Source: an uncultured Candidatus Saccharibacteria bacterium (GTDB lineage Bacteria; Patescibacteriota; Minisyncoccia; Phycocordibacterales; WO2-35-19). Taken from it: DNA of 62,317 nt. Every line of letters begins with the position of its first letter. Position 1 is the stretch's first letter. The notes under the pieces are model-generated. The model was not told the DNA's origin. It did not search any database and saw only the letters and a list, made by a program, of their open reading frames with translations. Positions 43,965 through 53,291 of the stretch are shown in pieces. A program made the position numbers and the translations under genes. The stretch covers positions 1 to 62,317 of the forward strand of contig CAYMOW010000003.1 of NCBI GenBank assembly GCA_964392285.1, written 5' to 3'.

Positions 43965-45469
43965 TTTTTCTTAAAGACGACAAATTTATACATCAAAAAA
44001 TTGAAGACCATTATGATTGCACCAATGATTATTTGCGCCAAAATATACCAGATGCCAATTAGGTCGACAAAAAGATACATCAAAACCGTATTAACAATGA
44101 GTCCGGTAATTGCCGTAGCTAAATACTTGATTGCTTGATGGTGAATCTGTTGGGTCGTACGGTCTTTGAAAGTCCAAAATTTCTGAAGCAAAAAACTTAC
44201 GATAATAGCCACAATAAAAGCAATAATCGAAGAATAGATATACCAGATTTTGACCAGATCGGTAAAAATATAAAGTAGTCCGATTTGAGTACCAGCGCCA
44301 GTCAAACCTGCCGCAACATAACGGAATAAAATATTCTTCTCAAAAAAGCCGCCAGTTTGATAAAAATTGTAGGCTGTAAGCAGAGAAGCTTTATACCTTT
44401 CAAAATATTCTGCGCGATCAATACGATTCTCTTCAAAATTTTTCCTTGCGAGCAGACCCATCTCTAGTCTCAGATTCGGATCTTTGGCCAAAAGAACAAT
44501 TGCCTCAGCAAGAGCTTCTACACCACCCTGCTTGCAGACAAAAGCACTCTCTCTGTCTTTAAACATAAAGCACGCAACACCAGCATCTGTTATCACAAGA
44601 GGCAGACCAAAAGAAGCTGCCTCGACAGTCGACATACCATAGCCTTCATAAAGCGAGGTCGAGAGGTAAATATCTGCGTCTTCATAATATTTCTGTAAAT
44701 CATTTTGCCAACCGACAAAATGGATTTTAGTTTGTAGATTATAGATTTTAGCCAAGTTCTCCAACATTTCTCTTTCACCACCATCCCCTACTATCACAAA
44801 CTCTGCATCAATTCCAAGTTCGCACACCATCTTGAATGCTTTTATTGCAGTCGTCAAATCCTTTTCTTTTTCCAATCGGCAGACAGTCAAAATGTTTACC
44901 CTTCCGGACCTCACAGCTCTTTCGACTTGGGGTAAATTATTGTTATCAACCAAAATCGGCAAAACCGAGACGTTGTTTGCAATCGCACGGATTGATTTGG
45001 CCACCCTTTCAGAGACACAGCGCACCGAATCAGCAAAACTCAAAACAAAAATCCCGATCGGAAAACGCAAAAAGTTTAGTATAGTATGTTTGATAAAATA
45101 CTGGTTTAGAAAATCAGTATGAAGTTGTATTTGTAGAGGCAGACGATAGAGGAGCTTTAATACTAGACCGACCAAACCCGTTTCAAACGGATCTTGAGCC
45201 GTAACCACAAAATCTTTTTTGTTACTTTTTGAAAGTATTTTCTTGGCAATCTTTAGATAATCAAACAAAAATAGAATTCGATTTTTTGACTGACTTGGAT
45301 AGAGATAGACGTTTGAACTTAATTTTTCTTCTTTATAATTTTTCTCAATTGGAGCAAAAACTATCAGGTGCAGCTCATCAAACATCTGACCATAGTCGAT
45401 CATTCTCTGTCTGACTGCAGAGCCTTGTTCAAACACATTTTGACCCATGCCAACACTAACAACTTTCAT
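43961..45469 (-). CDS. Fusion of a GT4 glycosyltransferase with a C-terminal GtrA-like 4-TM domain
   Basis: The GT1 block is STSLYEGYGMSTVEAASFGLPLVITDAG. The last 130 aa or so read FRYVAAGLTGAGTQIGLLYIFTD...SFLLQKFWTFKD...VFNFLMYKFVVF, which matches the GtrA family pattern. Confidence 0.75.
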   Translation of the reverse strand: MKVVSVGMGQNVFEQGSAVRQRMIDYGQMFDELHLIVFAPIEKNYKEEKLSSNVYLYPSQSKNRILFLFDYLKIAKKILSKSNKKDFVVTAQDPFETGLVGLVLKLLYRLPLQIQLHTDFLNQYFIKHTILNFLRFPIGIFVLSFADSVRCVSERVAKSIRAIANNVSVLPILVDNNNLPQVERAVRSGRVNILTVCRLEKEKDLTTAIKAFKMVCELGIDAEFVIVGDGGEREMLENLAKIYNLQTKIHFVGWQNDLQKYYEDADIYLSTSLYEGYGMSTVEAASFGLPLVITDAGVACFMFKDRESAFVCKQGGVEALAEAIVLLAKDPNLRLEMGLLARKNFEENRIDRAEYFERYKASLLTAYNFYQTGGFFEKNILFRYVAAGLTGAGTQIGLLYIFTDLVKIWYIYSSIIAFIVAIIVSFLLQKFWTFKDRTTQQIHHQAIKYLATAITGLIVNTVLMYLFVDLIGIWYILAQIIIGAIIMVFNFLMYKFVVFKKK

Positions 45470-46610
45470 TTTTTGATTTAATTAAGTTTTTTATCAGAGA
45501 CAAATGAAAATCGGTGACATTATCCCAGGTTTGGTTCATATCCAAATTGTCGACAATCTCAATCGCCTTTTTATAGTTTTCTGGATCAAACAAATATTCC
45601 ATTTTTTGTTCAAGCTCTTGCTGGTTAAGCGGATCGAAAATAAACTCGTCTGGCAAATCAACTGATAAACCGTGACCTTTACTTAGAAGTACGGGTTTAC
45701 CCAAAGAGAGGGATTCCAAAATAAAATTAGGATTAAATTCTGAAAGAGCTGGGCCAATCGCTATGCTCGATTCTCGAATTTTTTCAAAAAGTTTTTCTTG
45801 AGGCAGAGACTCAAAAAATTCTATATACTGTCCGGATTTCAGATTTCTCTTTAATTCCCTGAGCTTCCCGAGTTCTGGCCCTTTGCCAATCAACAAAAGT
45901 TTGCCTTTGCCCAATTTTTCTCGCACATTATCAAAAGCCTGAAAAACTAAGGGCAGGTTTTTATAGGCCACAAACCTTCCGGCAAAGATTATCTGAGGAT
46001 CATTAGAAATGTTCGATTGAGCACTCTCCCTTCTAAAAGCGGGGTTTTTGACAATCCGCATTTTTGTTTTATCAATACCGTAATATCTCGTATAAAAATC
46101 AATCCAAAAACTATTATAAAAAACCAAAGCCTTGGCGTGCAATAAAACCTTTTGGATTATTTTGAAAAGTAACGGTTTGTCTACTTTATACAAACCTTTT
46201 TCGTAATAAGTGGTGATCGGCATAACTCTCTTGCCCAGCTCTGCCTCTCTCTCCCAAATCGGATCCCCACCAATGCGAATAATCAAAGGCTTTCGAAAAA
46301 GATACGAGGCTAGGCAAGCCGGAAGACCAGCCGCGGTTGGGTCGAAAGCATAAATAATTTTAGAGTTTACGGCCTCCTTCAAAACAGTCAGGAGATAAAA
46401 AGGCCATTGCAAAACTTTGGGGTATTTTCGGGAAATTCTTTTTACCTCAAATGGAAAAGACTTATTACTCTTGTCATCTCCATAACAAACCACAACCGGT
46501 CTAAAACCTTCCTTTGAAAGTCTTTCGGCGATTTTGGCCACGTGTATAGCTGGCCCGCCAACATCGGGGTAAAACACCCCCGCTGCAAGTAAGATTTTTT
46601 GATTTTTCAC
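45456..46610 (-). CDS. Glycosyltransferase family 4 (GT-B)
   Basis: The N-terminus is ILLAAGVFYPDVGGPAIHVAKIAERL. The C-terminal block is SEFNPNFILESLSLGKPVLLS. Confidence 0.7.
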   Translation of the reverse strand: MKNQKILLAAGVFYPDVGGPAIHVAKIAERLSKEGFRPVVVCYGDDKSNKSFPFEVKRISRKYPKVLQWPFYLLTVLKEAVNSKIIYAFDPTAAGLPACLASYLFRKPLIIRIGGDPIWEREAELGKRVMPITTYYEKGLYKVDKPLLFKIIQKVLLHAKALVFYNSFWIDFYTRYYGIDKTKMRIVKNPAFRRESAQSNISNDPQIIFAGRFVAYKNLPLVFQAFDNVREKLGKGKLLLIGKGPELGKLRELKRNLKSGQYIEFFESLPQEKLFEKIRESSIAIGPALSEFNPNFILESLSLGKPVLLSKGHGLSVDLPDEFIFDPLNQQELEQKMEYLFDPENYKKAIEIVDNLDMNQTWDNVTDFHLSLIKNLIKSKNESC

Positions 46611-47534
46611 CTATTGAATATAATGCAAAATGCAAGTATAATCAAGATTACAATGATGAAAACTGCGATTGTGGGAATGGGGAGATGGGGCAAAAATCTG
46701 CTCAAAGAATTCAACGAGCAGGCAGAGGTAGTTTGGGTATGTACACCAAATAAAGATCGTTCTTCGGAATTCTTGCAAGAAAATTACCCCTCCATAAAAC
46801 ACACGATCAACTTAGCCGATATAACGAAAGACGCTTCTATACAGGCGGTAGTTGTAGCAACACCAATCAACACTCATTTCGAGTTGGCTATGAAAGTTTT
46901 GGAAGCCGGTAAGCATCTTTTTCTGGAAAAGCCAGGCGGAACCAAAAGCGAAGAGTTAGAAAAATTATGCCAAAAAGCAGAAAAAAATAGTCTGACTTTT
47001 GTTGTAGGGTATGAATTTCCCCACCATCCGGCCTGGAGAAAAATTCTCGAACTCATGCCTCTGGAAGATATACGGAGTATACATATGGAGTGGTCCAAAT
47101 GGGGTAGTTTTGAGGAACATTCCATTTCCAATTTGCTCTGCCACGACATATCGCTTCTTTATAGTGTGAGCCAAGAGATTCAACCAATTCAGCACTTCAC
47201 CCACAAAGTCATTTCTCATTCGGATATAGTGGAAGCTGCCTTTGATTGCAAAAAGTTTCCATCCATTTCATATATCAACCGTGTCAGTCCCAACAAACAA
47301 AAGACAGTAACAGTAGTCGGAGACCAAACAGCCTTTGTTTGGAGCGGTGACAATCTTCACCAAATAGATTATAACTCCCAAAACCTGATCTCTGTCCCCA
47401 TCAACGAATCTTCTGCCTTGACGATGGAGGTTAAAGATTTTATTAAAGCTATTACTTCGGACAAAAAACCTCTCTGTAATGGGCAGTTTGCTTTACGAGT
47501 CTTTGGGGTGGTTGAGCAGTTATTGCTTGAGTAG
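46599..47534 (+). CDS. Gfo/Idh/MocA-family NAD(P)-dependent oxidoreductase
   Basis: It reads KTAIVGMGRWGKNLLKEF...VVVATPINTHFELAMKVLEAGKHLFLEKP (EKP motif). The probable start is ATG 46653 (MMKTAIVG). Its 3' end overlaps the convergent FAD gene by 15 nt. Confidence 0.8.
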   Translation: MIFHLLNIMQNASIIKITMMKTAIVGMGRWGKNLLKEFNEQAEVVWVCTPNKDRSSEFLQENYPSIKHTINLADITKDASIQAVVVATPINTHFELAMKVLEAGKHLFLEKPGGTKSEELEKLCQKAEKNSLTFVVGYEFPHHPAWRKILELMPLEDIRSIHMEWSKWGSFEEHSISNLLCHDISLLYSVSQEIQPIQHFTHKVISHSDIVEAAFDCKKFPSISYINRVSPNKQKTVTVVGDQTAFVWSGDNLHQIDYNSQNLISVPINESSALTMEVKDFIKAITSDKKPLCNGQFALRVFGVVEQLLLE

Positions 47535-48566
47535 GTGTAATACCTCATTCGCCGCTTGAACACAATTACCCAGTTTGCCAGAAAAGACTTCGATCACCTT
47601 TTCATCTATTTTATTTACAATAGTAGGCCTTTCATCAGTATGGTCAACATTAGCGAGAACTGTCCGAATTGTGTACATCGATCCTATATGTTTCGCTTCA
47701 GCAATTTCTGGCATAAACTCCTTAGCAGAGTCGATGAATTTGTCAATGTTGGTGATTGGTGGATTTTGTATGACGCCTTTATTTAACAATGGCCTATATT
47801 GATCCGGAATTTCCGGGAAAAAACCTACATTTGAATGATGTAGAGCATAAAACACATTACCCATCAAATGAAAGTCGGTATCGGCATAAGGATCTATGCA
47901 AAAAAATGGTCCATCCATAACCACTACGCTTTTCTTGGCAAAAGTTTTTGGCAAACTCAAGAGCGGTTTTTCGCACAGTTCAAATTGATAGGTCTTAAAT
48001 TTTGAATTATCTTTTTGGATAAAATTGAGATTAGCGTAAGAACTATTGATTACAATGTCGTAGCCAGCCATATCTTCTGATTTAAATGTCGTATTCAACA
48101 ACAAATTTATCTTATATTCGGATAATCTATTTTTTACAATATTTCTCAAAACATTCGGATTTATTAGTGATTCCCTAACCTTAGTCGTGAGTTGGAACTT
48201 TTCTTTTTTTATAAAATTCAAATCAGCCTCTTCATACTCCAAACTGCAAGTTTTACAAAAATTTTTGAATTCATCTGCCGAGACTTTTGATTTTTCTTTA
48301 GCAATACAATAATAATGTTCGGCGTCTTTGATCAAGCATTCTTCATATTCTTCACAGAAAAATTTTTCCGCATTTTTTGAAGATATAGCTGTTTCGATAC
48401 TTCTCGGATAATGAAAACCTCGATGAAGACGGTACTGATTTATACCCGAAGCAGCCTGAAGAATATCCGAGTCTTTTTCAAAAAGATCAACAAAGAAACC
48501 ACTCCTCGCAAGCGTAATGGCAATCGTCGAACCAAATATTCCAGCCCCAACTACAGCTATTTTCAT
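47520..48566 (-). CDS. FAD-dependent oxidoreductase (DAO superfamily), paralogue of the C-terminal half of the 28676-30781 product
   Basis: It reads MKIAVVGAGIFGSTIAITLARSGFFVDLFEKDSDILQAASGINQYRLHRGFHYPRS. Confidence 0.75.
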   Translation of the reverse strand: MKIAVVGAGIFGSTIAITLARSGFFVDLFEKDSDILQAASGINQYRLHRGFHYPRSIETAISSKNAEKFFCEEYEECLIKDAEHYYCIAKEKSKVSADEFKNFCKTCSLEYEEADLNFIKKEKFQLTTKVRESLINPNVLRNIVKNRLSEYKINLLLNTTFKSEDMAGYDIVINSSYANLNFIQKDNSKFKTYQFELCEKPLLSLPKTFAKKSVVVMDGPFFCIDPYADTDFHLMGNVFYALHHSNVGFFPEIPDQYRPLLNKGVIQNPPITNIDKFIDSAKEFMPEIAEAKHIGSMYTIRTVLANVDHTDERPTIVNKIDEKVIEVFSGKLGNCVQAANEVLHLLKQ

Positions 48567-49789
48567 TGTTTTATATTTTCAAAAATTTGTTGCATTTGTC
48601 GAGCAACCAGAGACCAATCATACTTTTCGACCGCCATTTTGTAAGCATTGTCTATAACGGCTTGTCGATTGGGATCATTCTGAATACGCAAGACCGCACT
48701 CCTAATACTCTCGGGGTTTTCCTTTTGGCAAACATAACCGGTTATATTATCAACCAAAAAATCCGCTATTCCCCCTTCGAGGGTTGCAATCACAGGGACT
48801 CTGGCTGCCATTGCTTCGATAAAAGAATTGCCAAAACCTTCTGAGAGTGACGGACGAATAAAAATATCACACGCTTTGAGATATTCTGGCATTTCCTTAT
48901 GGTCGACATACCCTTTGAAAATTACTCTGTCCTCAATTTTGAGATTTGAGACTTGATTTTTAAGATTTGATTCTAAATAACCTTCGCCAAAAACAACAAA
49001 CTTTATATTCTGTGGCAAAAGGGTAAGAGCCTGTATAACATCGCCTACCCCATTTTTTATAACAAGCCGAGAAGTAGTGACCAAAGCCACGTCGGCTTCT
49101 CCCAAACCAAACTCTTTTCGTATTTTTTGTCTCTTCTCGCTTTCCATTTCTTTGGTAAACAAAGACACATCAACACCATTTGGCACCACCACCGGCTCAC
49201 CTCTAAAACCCATCGATTTGCCAAATTTGGCCAAATAAGTCGAGATGGCTTGCAAAAAATCAGCCTTTTCAAAAATTTTCTTAAAAATTGGATACATTAG
49301 TCCTCGGACCGAAATTTCGATTTTGCCAATTCTAACCCTAAGTGATTCTTTGGTAATATACTCTATCGGATCACCCTCTTGTAAAGTAAGTAGCATCGGA
49401 ATTTTTGGTTTTAACCATTTAAAAAAGAGCGCACCAAAACCAGAATAGTTAGCCATTATAGCCCAAGTAAAATCAAACTTTATCCTTCTAGAAAGTTTAT
49501 AACCAAACCAAGCCGATAGAAACGGATAAAGATATTTATTGAGATGGAGAGGAAACTTCAAAGAATCAGCCGACTCTCTCAAATTGCCGACAAAACCCAA
49601 TCTGTAGACATTCACATTCCCAATCTTTTCATACCTAGGCAGTTTTTTATCCAAACATAAAGTTAAAAGGTGGAACTCGAAATCATCCGACTCAAGTCTA
49701 TCGGTTATATCTTTAACTGCCACCTCCGCCCCACCTACAAATCTAGGATAATAGGCAACCGAAAAAATAAGGACCTTCTTTTTTGCCAT
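48563..49789 (-). CDS. Glycosyltransferase family 4 (GT-B)
   Basis: It reads KVLIFSVAYYPRFVGGAEVAVKDITDRL ... RPSLSEGFGNSFIEAMAARVPVIAT. Confidence 0.8.
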   Translation of the reverse strand: MAKKKVLIFSVAYYPRFVGGAEVAVKDITDRLESDDFEFHLLTLCLDKKLPRYEKIGNVNVYRLGFVGNLRESADSLKFPLHLNKYLYPFLSAWFGYKLSRRIKFDFTWAIMANYSGFGALFFKWLKPKIPMLLTLQEGDPIEYITKESLRVRIGKIEISVRGLMYPIFKKIFEKADFLQAISTYLAKFGKSMGFRGEPVVVPNGVDVSLFTKEMESEKRQKIRKEFGLGEADVALVTTSRLVIKNGVGDVIQALTLLPQNIKFVVFGEGYLESNLKNQVSNLKIEDRVIFKGYVDHKEMPEYLKACDIFIRPSLSEGFGNSFIEAMAARVPVIATLEGGIADFLVDNITGYVCQKENPESIRSAVLRIQNDPNRQAVIDNAYKMAVEKYDWSLVARQMQQIFENIKQ

Positions 49790-49811
49790 AAGTCCTTATT
49801 TTACCAGTATT

Positions 49812-51638
49812 TTATTCGCCTTTCAACACCTTGAGGAGAAGGTCTTCTGGCACTTCTTTTGGGCTAGATTTTAGATTATAGTCCTTAGCTTTTAGTTCGT
49901 TGCTATTATCTAACATCTTTTGACTACCAACTTTCTCTAGCGCCTCTTTTAGCTTGTTTTGATTTTCGGGTGTTGGGCCTTTGTTTTTGTTGCGATCGTC
50001 ATGCTTGAGCTCTTGCAAAGACACCTTTTCTTTGGGTTTTTCTGTCGGCACTTCTTCTTTTGTTTTCTGCTCACTCGAAGAATTTGTGGGTTGGCGTGTT
50101 TTTGAATTTTGTTTTTCTGTCAAAGCCCGGGCTAGAGCTTGGGCCAGAACACTATTTCTCTCTTCTTTCTTTTCTTCTTTTTTGGTTTCTGTTTTTTCTT
50201 CTACCTTTCTCTCTGGCAAATTCTCTGTTTTTGGAGCATCTTTAAACTCCGGCTTTCGTTCTGGCTTCGGCCAATCTTTTGGTCCATTTGACCCGCCATT
50301 ACTATTGCCATTATTTGCACTTTGATTTTTGGTCTTTCCATTTTGGTTATTGTCTTGCTGATGCCAAAGCTCGATCGCCTTTTCGACTTCAATCTTTGTT
50401 TCTGCATATACCTTGCGCGACATATCGAGCGCCTCTTTTCTAAAAGAAATTTCTGGTTTTGGTAATGGTGGCAAAGTAGTAGCCGAAAAGGGCTGCGACG
50501 CCACCCCATCAATCATTAGTTTCAGATAAATTTGCACGAACCCAAGGTTAACAATATCCTCAGCGGTAAAAATCGGAGCAAATTCTTTCTCCAAGACTTC
50601 GGCATCATAAGAACCCACCCTAAAAGTAATCATCGTGCCAACGTTGCCAAAAACCGCCGCCCGCACCTCCTCGGCCATCTGTTCGATATATTGATGTGTA
50701 ATATTGAGCGAGAGTTTGTATTTGCGAGCTTCGGACAAAATATCGGCAAAACTTTTGTTGGCAAAAGATTGAAATTCGTCCACATAGAGGTAAAAATTCG
50801 GCAACTTTTTGAGCTCACTGGGTTCAACATCGGCCCTAGACATCGCTGCCAGATATATTTTGGTCACCAGCATCGCACCAAGCAGGTTGGCATTGTTCTC
50901 CCCCACCAAACCCTTAGATAGGTTCACGATCAAAATCTTTTTTTCATCCATTATTTTGCGCACATCAAAAGAAGATTTGGACTGACCGACAATATTTCTG
51001 ATAAGCGGGTTAGAGACAAATTGACCAACTTTGTTTTGAATCGCCGGCGTAGCTTCGGCCGCATATTTGTCGGTATACTTTGCAAATTCATCCACCCAAA
51101 AAGATTTGGTCGTTGGGTCCTTTACATTCTCTACCACCTTTTGTCTATAAGCCTTATCGATCAGCATTCGGTTTATACCGAGCAAAGTTGCTCCCGGATA
51201 TTCTAGGAGCGCGGCTAGCGTATTTTGCAAAATATAAGCCATTCTGGCCGACCACTGATCCTCCCAAATCTTCTCGAAGGCACTCATAAGGCCCGAGACG
51301 ACCAGGTGTCGCCTTTCTGGACCAACGTCTTCCATTACATTAAAAGAAACAGGAAACTCGGTATCAAAAGGCGCAAAATAAATCACGTCTTTGATTCGAG
51401 ACTCTGGAATATAATCGAGTAGCAGATCGGCTGTTTTGCCGTGCGGATCGAGAAAGGCTAAGCCATTGCCGTTTTGAATATCCTGAATCGCCATATTTTC
51501 GAGCATGGTCGACTTGCCCATTCCGGTTTTGCCGATCGAATAGACGTGGCGAAGCCGGTCTTCATCCTTGATGCCGAATTTCACTCTCTTGTTGCGAGCG
51601 TCAGTCTCGGCAAAATAAGTTATTTTATCAGGTTGCAT
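49812..51638 (-). CDS. VirD4/TraD/TraG-like (FtsK-HerA superfamily) P-loop ATPase with a disordered K/E/N-rich C-terminal tail of about 190 aa
   Basis: Walker A is IGKTGMGKSTML. Walker B-like is FYLYVDEFQSF. NITHQYIEQMAEEVRAAVFGNVGTMITFRVG resembles the TraD/TraG C-terminal recognition region. The tail is rich in KKEEKKEE and NGNSNG. Confidence 0.55.
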   Translation of the reverse strand: MQPDKITYFAETDARNKRVKFGIKDEDRLRHVYSIGKTGMGKSTMLENMAIQDIQNGNGLAFLDPHGKTADLLLDYIPESRIKDVIYFAPFDTEFPVSFNVMEDVGPERRHLVVSGLMSAFEKIWEDQWSARMAYILQNTLAALLEYPGATLLGINRMLIDKAYRQKVVENVKDPTTKSFWVDEFAKYTDKYAAEATPAIQNKVGQFVSNPLIRNIVGQSKSSFDVRKIMDEKKILIVNLSKGLVGENNANLLGAMLVTKIYLAAMSRADVEPSELKKLPNFYLYVDEFQSFANKSFADILSEARKYKLSLNITHQYIEQMAEEVRAAVFGNVGTMITFRVGSYDAEVLEKEFAPIFTAEDIVNLGFVQIYLKLMIDGVASQPFSATTLPPLPKPEISFRKEALDMSRKVYAETKIEVEKAIELWHQQDNNQNGKTKNQSANNGNSNGGSNGPKDWPKPERKPEFKDAPKTENLPERKVEEKTETKKEEKKEERNSVLAQALARALTEKQNSKTRQPTNSSSEQKTKEEVPTEKPKEKVSLQELKHDDRNKNKGPTPENQNKLKEALEKVGSQKMLDNSNELKAKDYNLKSSPKEVPEDLLLKVLKGE

Positions 51639-51660
51639 TAGAATTATTATACCACAATAA

Positions 51661-51690
51661 AATTTTCAATTTACAATTATCAATTTTCAA
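51661..51690. repeat. 30-bp AT-rich repeat; a perfect inverted copy lies at 58032-58061
   Basis: The sequence aattttcaatttacaattatcaattttcaa has the exact reverse complement ttgaaaattgataattgtaaattgaaaatt, found at 58032-58061. I checked this base by base. Confidence 0.95.
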
Positions 51691-51739
51691 TTTTCAATAA
51701 ATGTACCAATTTACTAATTTTCAAATTAAAAATTGTAAA

Positions 51740-52936
51740 TTACTGGGACAGCAAAAGAGCACTCGGAGTATAGGTATTCGCCGGATCCCAGAGCATCCAT
51801 GAGGTGAGCCCGGAGTCATAAGTGGCTTGTATTTGAGCCCGAACCATATCGGGAGTATAAGCGACCGGATAATCAAAATCTTGGATCCAAGTGCGGAGCT
51901 GTGTCGGCTTGATCCGCTCAAGCAATTTAGAATTTGGTGTCGATGAAGCGATCTCCGCTCTCAACAAATTGAGCCGACTGACCGCCGTGTCCATACTAAA
52001 CTTTATTATTTCATAAGGCACTTTGTTTGGATCCTTCCAACCATTAAACATCGGTGGGTAGTGCGAGGGGTAGACCATCGGCGCCACATAGTCGAAATTT
52101 ACCAAGGCAATTTCGAGCACTTGGCCAATATTGAGATCATCGGTATTGGTTGTCACCATTCCAAAGACATCCGCCGAAGTCGGTATCCCAGCTTCGGACA
52201 TTTTGGCATCGAGATACTCAAAGAATTTGCGCAAAGCTTCGCGCTTAGGGAGACCCTCAGAATGAGTAAAGGCAATATCGCTCATGTTGCCATCGGATGG
52301 AAAACGAATGTAGTCGAAATTGATCTCATCAAAACCAATAGCGTGAGAGGAGGTGGCGATCGCGACAATATAATCCCAAAAAGGACGTGCTCCGACGTCA
52401 ACGAAGGCGAGACCTTTTCTGTCGCGCCAGACCGAACCGTCGCTCTTTTTCTTGACCGCAAGCTCCGGATGAAGCTTTGTATATTGGGGATCTTGGAAAA
52501 CCGTTACCCGACCAATCACATAAATCCCTTTACTGTGTAGCTCTTCGACAAACTCTTTCATATCGGACACCTTGCAGCCAGTACCGCCGATCGAATCGAT
52601 TGTAGAATTGCCAGTCTCGAAAGAAACAGTGCCGGTGTAATCTTTGATATCTATCACAACCGCATTGAGCTCGGTTTCTTCTATAAGTCGGACAAGCTTT
52701 GTCCGCAGGCTCGGCATGCTGGCATAGCACTGACTCATATAGACCGACTTGAGCGGTTCTGGAGTTTCTAGATGTGCGACAACCGGTTTTGGAGAGACCG
52801 GCTGATCCTGGGCTTCGCTCTTTACGACCGAGGCGCCATTGTAGACAACCTGTTCACTTGGGATAAAATAAAAAGCTCCGAGAACTGCAAGAGCTCCGAG
52901 ACTAAAGAAACTTGTCCTAACCAGATGTCTTTTCAT
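51740..52936 (-). CDS. Putative secreted TIM-barrel glycoside hydrolase (GHL10 / DUF4015-like)
   Basis: ATG 52936 gives MKRHLVRTSFFSLGALAVLGAFYF (signal/TM). It continues NAVVIDIKDYTGTVSF...GIYVIGRVTVFQD...FDEINFDYIRFPSDG. The 56-codon upstream extension in the track looks non-coding and overlaps the next gene. Confidence 0.65.
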   Translation of the reverse strand: MKRHLVRTSFFSLGALAVLGAFYFIPSEQVVYNGASVVKSEAQDQPVSPKPVVAHLETPEPLKSVYMSQCYASMPSLRTKLVRLIEETELNAVVIDIKDYTGTVSFETGNSTIDSIGGTGCKVSDMKEFVEELHSKGIYVIGRVTVFQDPQYTKLHPELAVKKKSDGSVWRDRKGLAFVDVGARPFWDYIVAIATSSHAIGFDEINFDYIRFPSDGNMSDIAFTHSEGLPKREALRKFFEYLDAKMSEAGIPTSADVFGMVTTNTDDLNIGQVLEIALVNFDYVAPMVYPSHYPPMFNGWKDPNKVPYEIIKFSMDTAVSRLNLLRAEIASSTPNSKLLERIKPTQLRTWIQDFDYPVAYTPDMVRAQIQATYDSGLTSWMLWDPANTYTPSALLLSQ

Positions 52937-53228
52937 CTTTTTCCAGAGAAGAATTTCGGTCAACAACCACCTCAACCTCAGAAGTATTTTCCGGATTAAA
53001 CCTAAGTTCCGTATCCACAAGATCCGTTGCTTGAGACTTGATGGCTCTTTTTCTGGTCCGAGATTTAGCCTGAAGTTTTTTGACCAAGATCGGAGCCCCA
53101 GCATAAAAGACCAAAATAAGGCCAGAGATCAAGGTTAAATAGGTTTTCCAAACACCCGGCGCGCCAATAAAAGGCAAAACCGCCACCCAGATTCCAAAAT
53201 AAATATAGAAATTGCTCTTCTGGTGCAT
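52917..53228 (-). CDS. Small two-TM membrane protein with an acidic/basic tail (hypothetical)
   Basis: The 103-aa product reads FYIYFGIWVAVLPFIGAPGVW and LTLISGLILVFYAGAPILV, then has a charged tail. It is compactly placed between secF and the hydrolase gene. Confidence 0.45.
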   Translation of the reverse strand: MHQKSNFYIYFGIWVAVLPFIGAPGVWKTYLTLISGLILVFYAGAPILVKKLQAKSRTRKRAIKSQATDLVDTELRFNPENTSEVEVVVDRNSSLEKDEKTSG

Positions 53229-53291
53229 AAGCTTATATTAGCACGACAAAACCAAATTACCGAAATGTGGACAACTCGAGCAAAGCCCTAG

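Noticed and set aside
52937-53104. 56-codon N-terminal extension of the GHL10-like hydrolase ORF
   Set aside because: The extension is Arg/Leu-rich, overlaps the small membrane-protein gene, and precedes an obvious signal-peptide-type start (MKRHLVRTSFFSLGALAVLG) at 52936.
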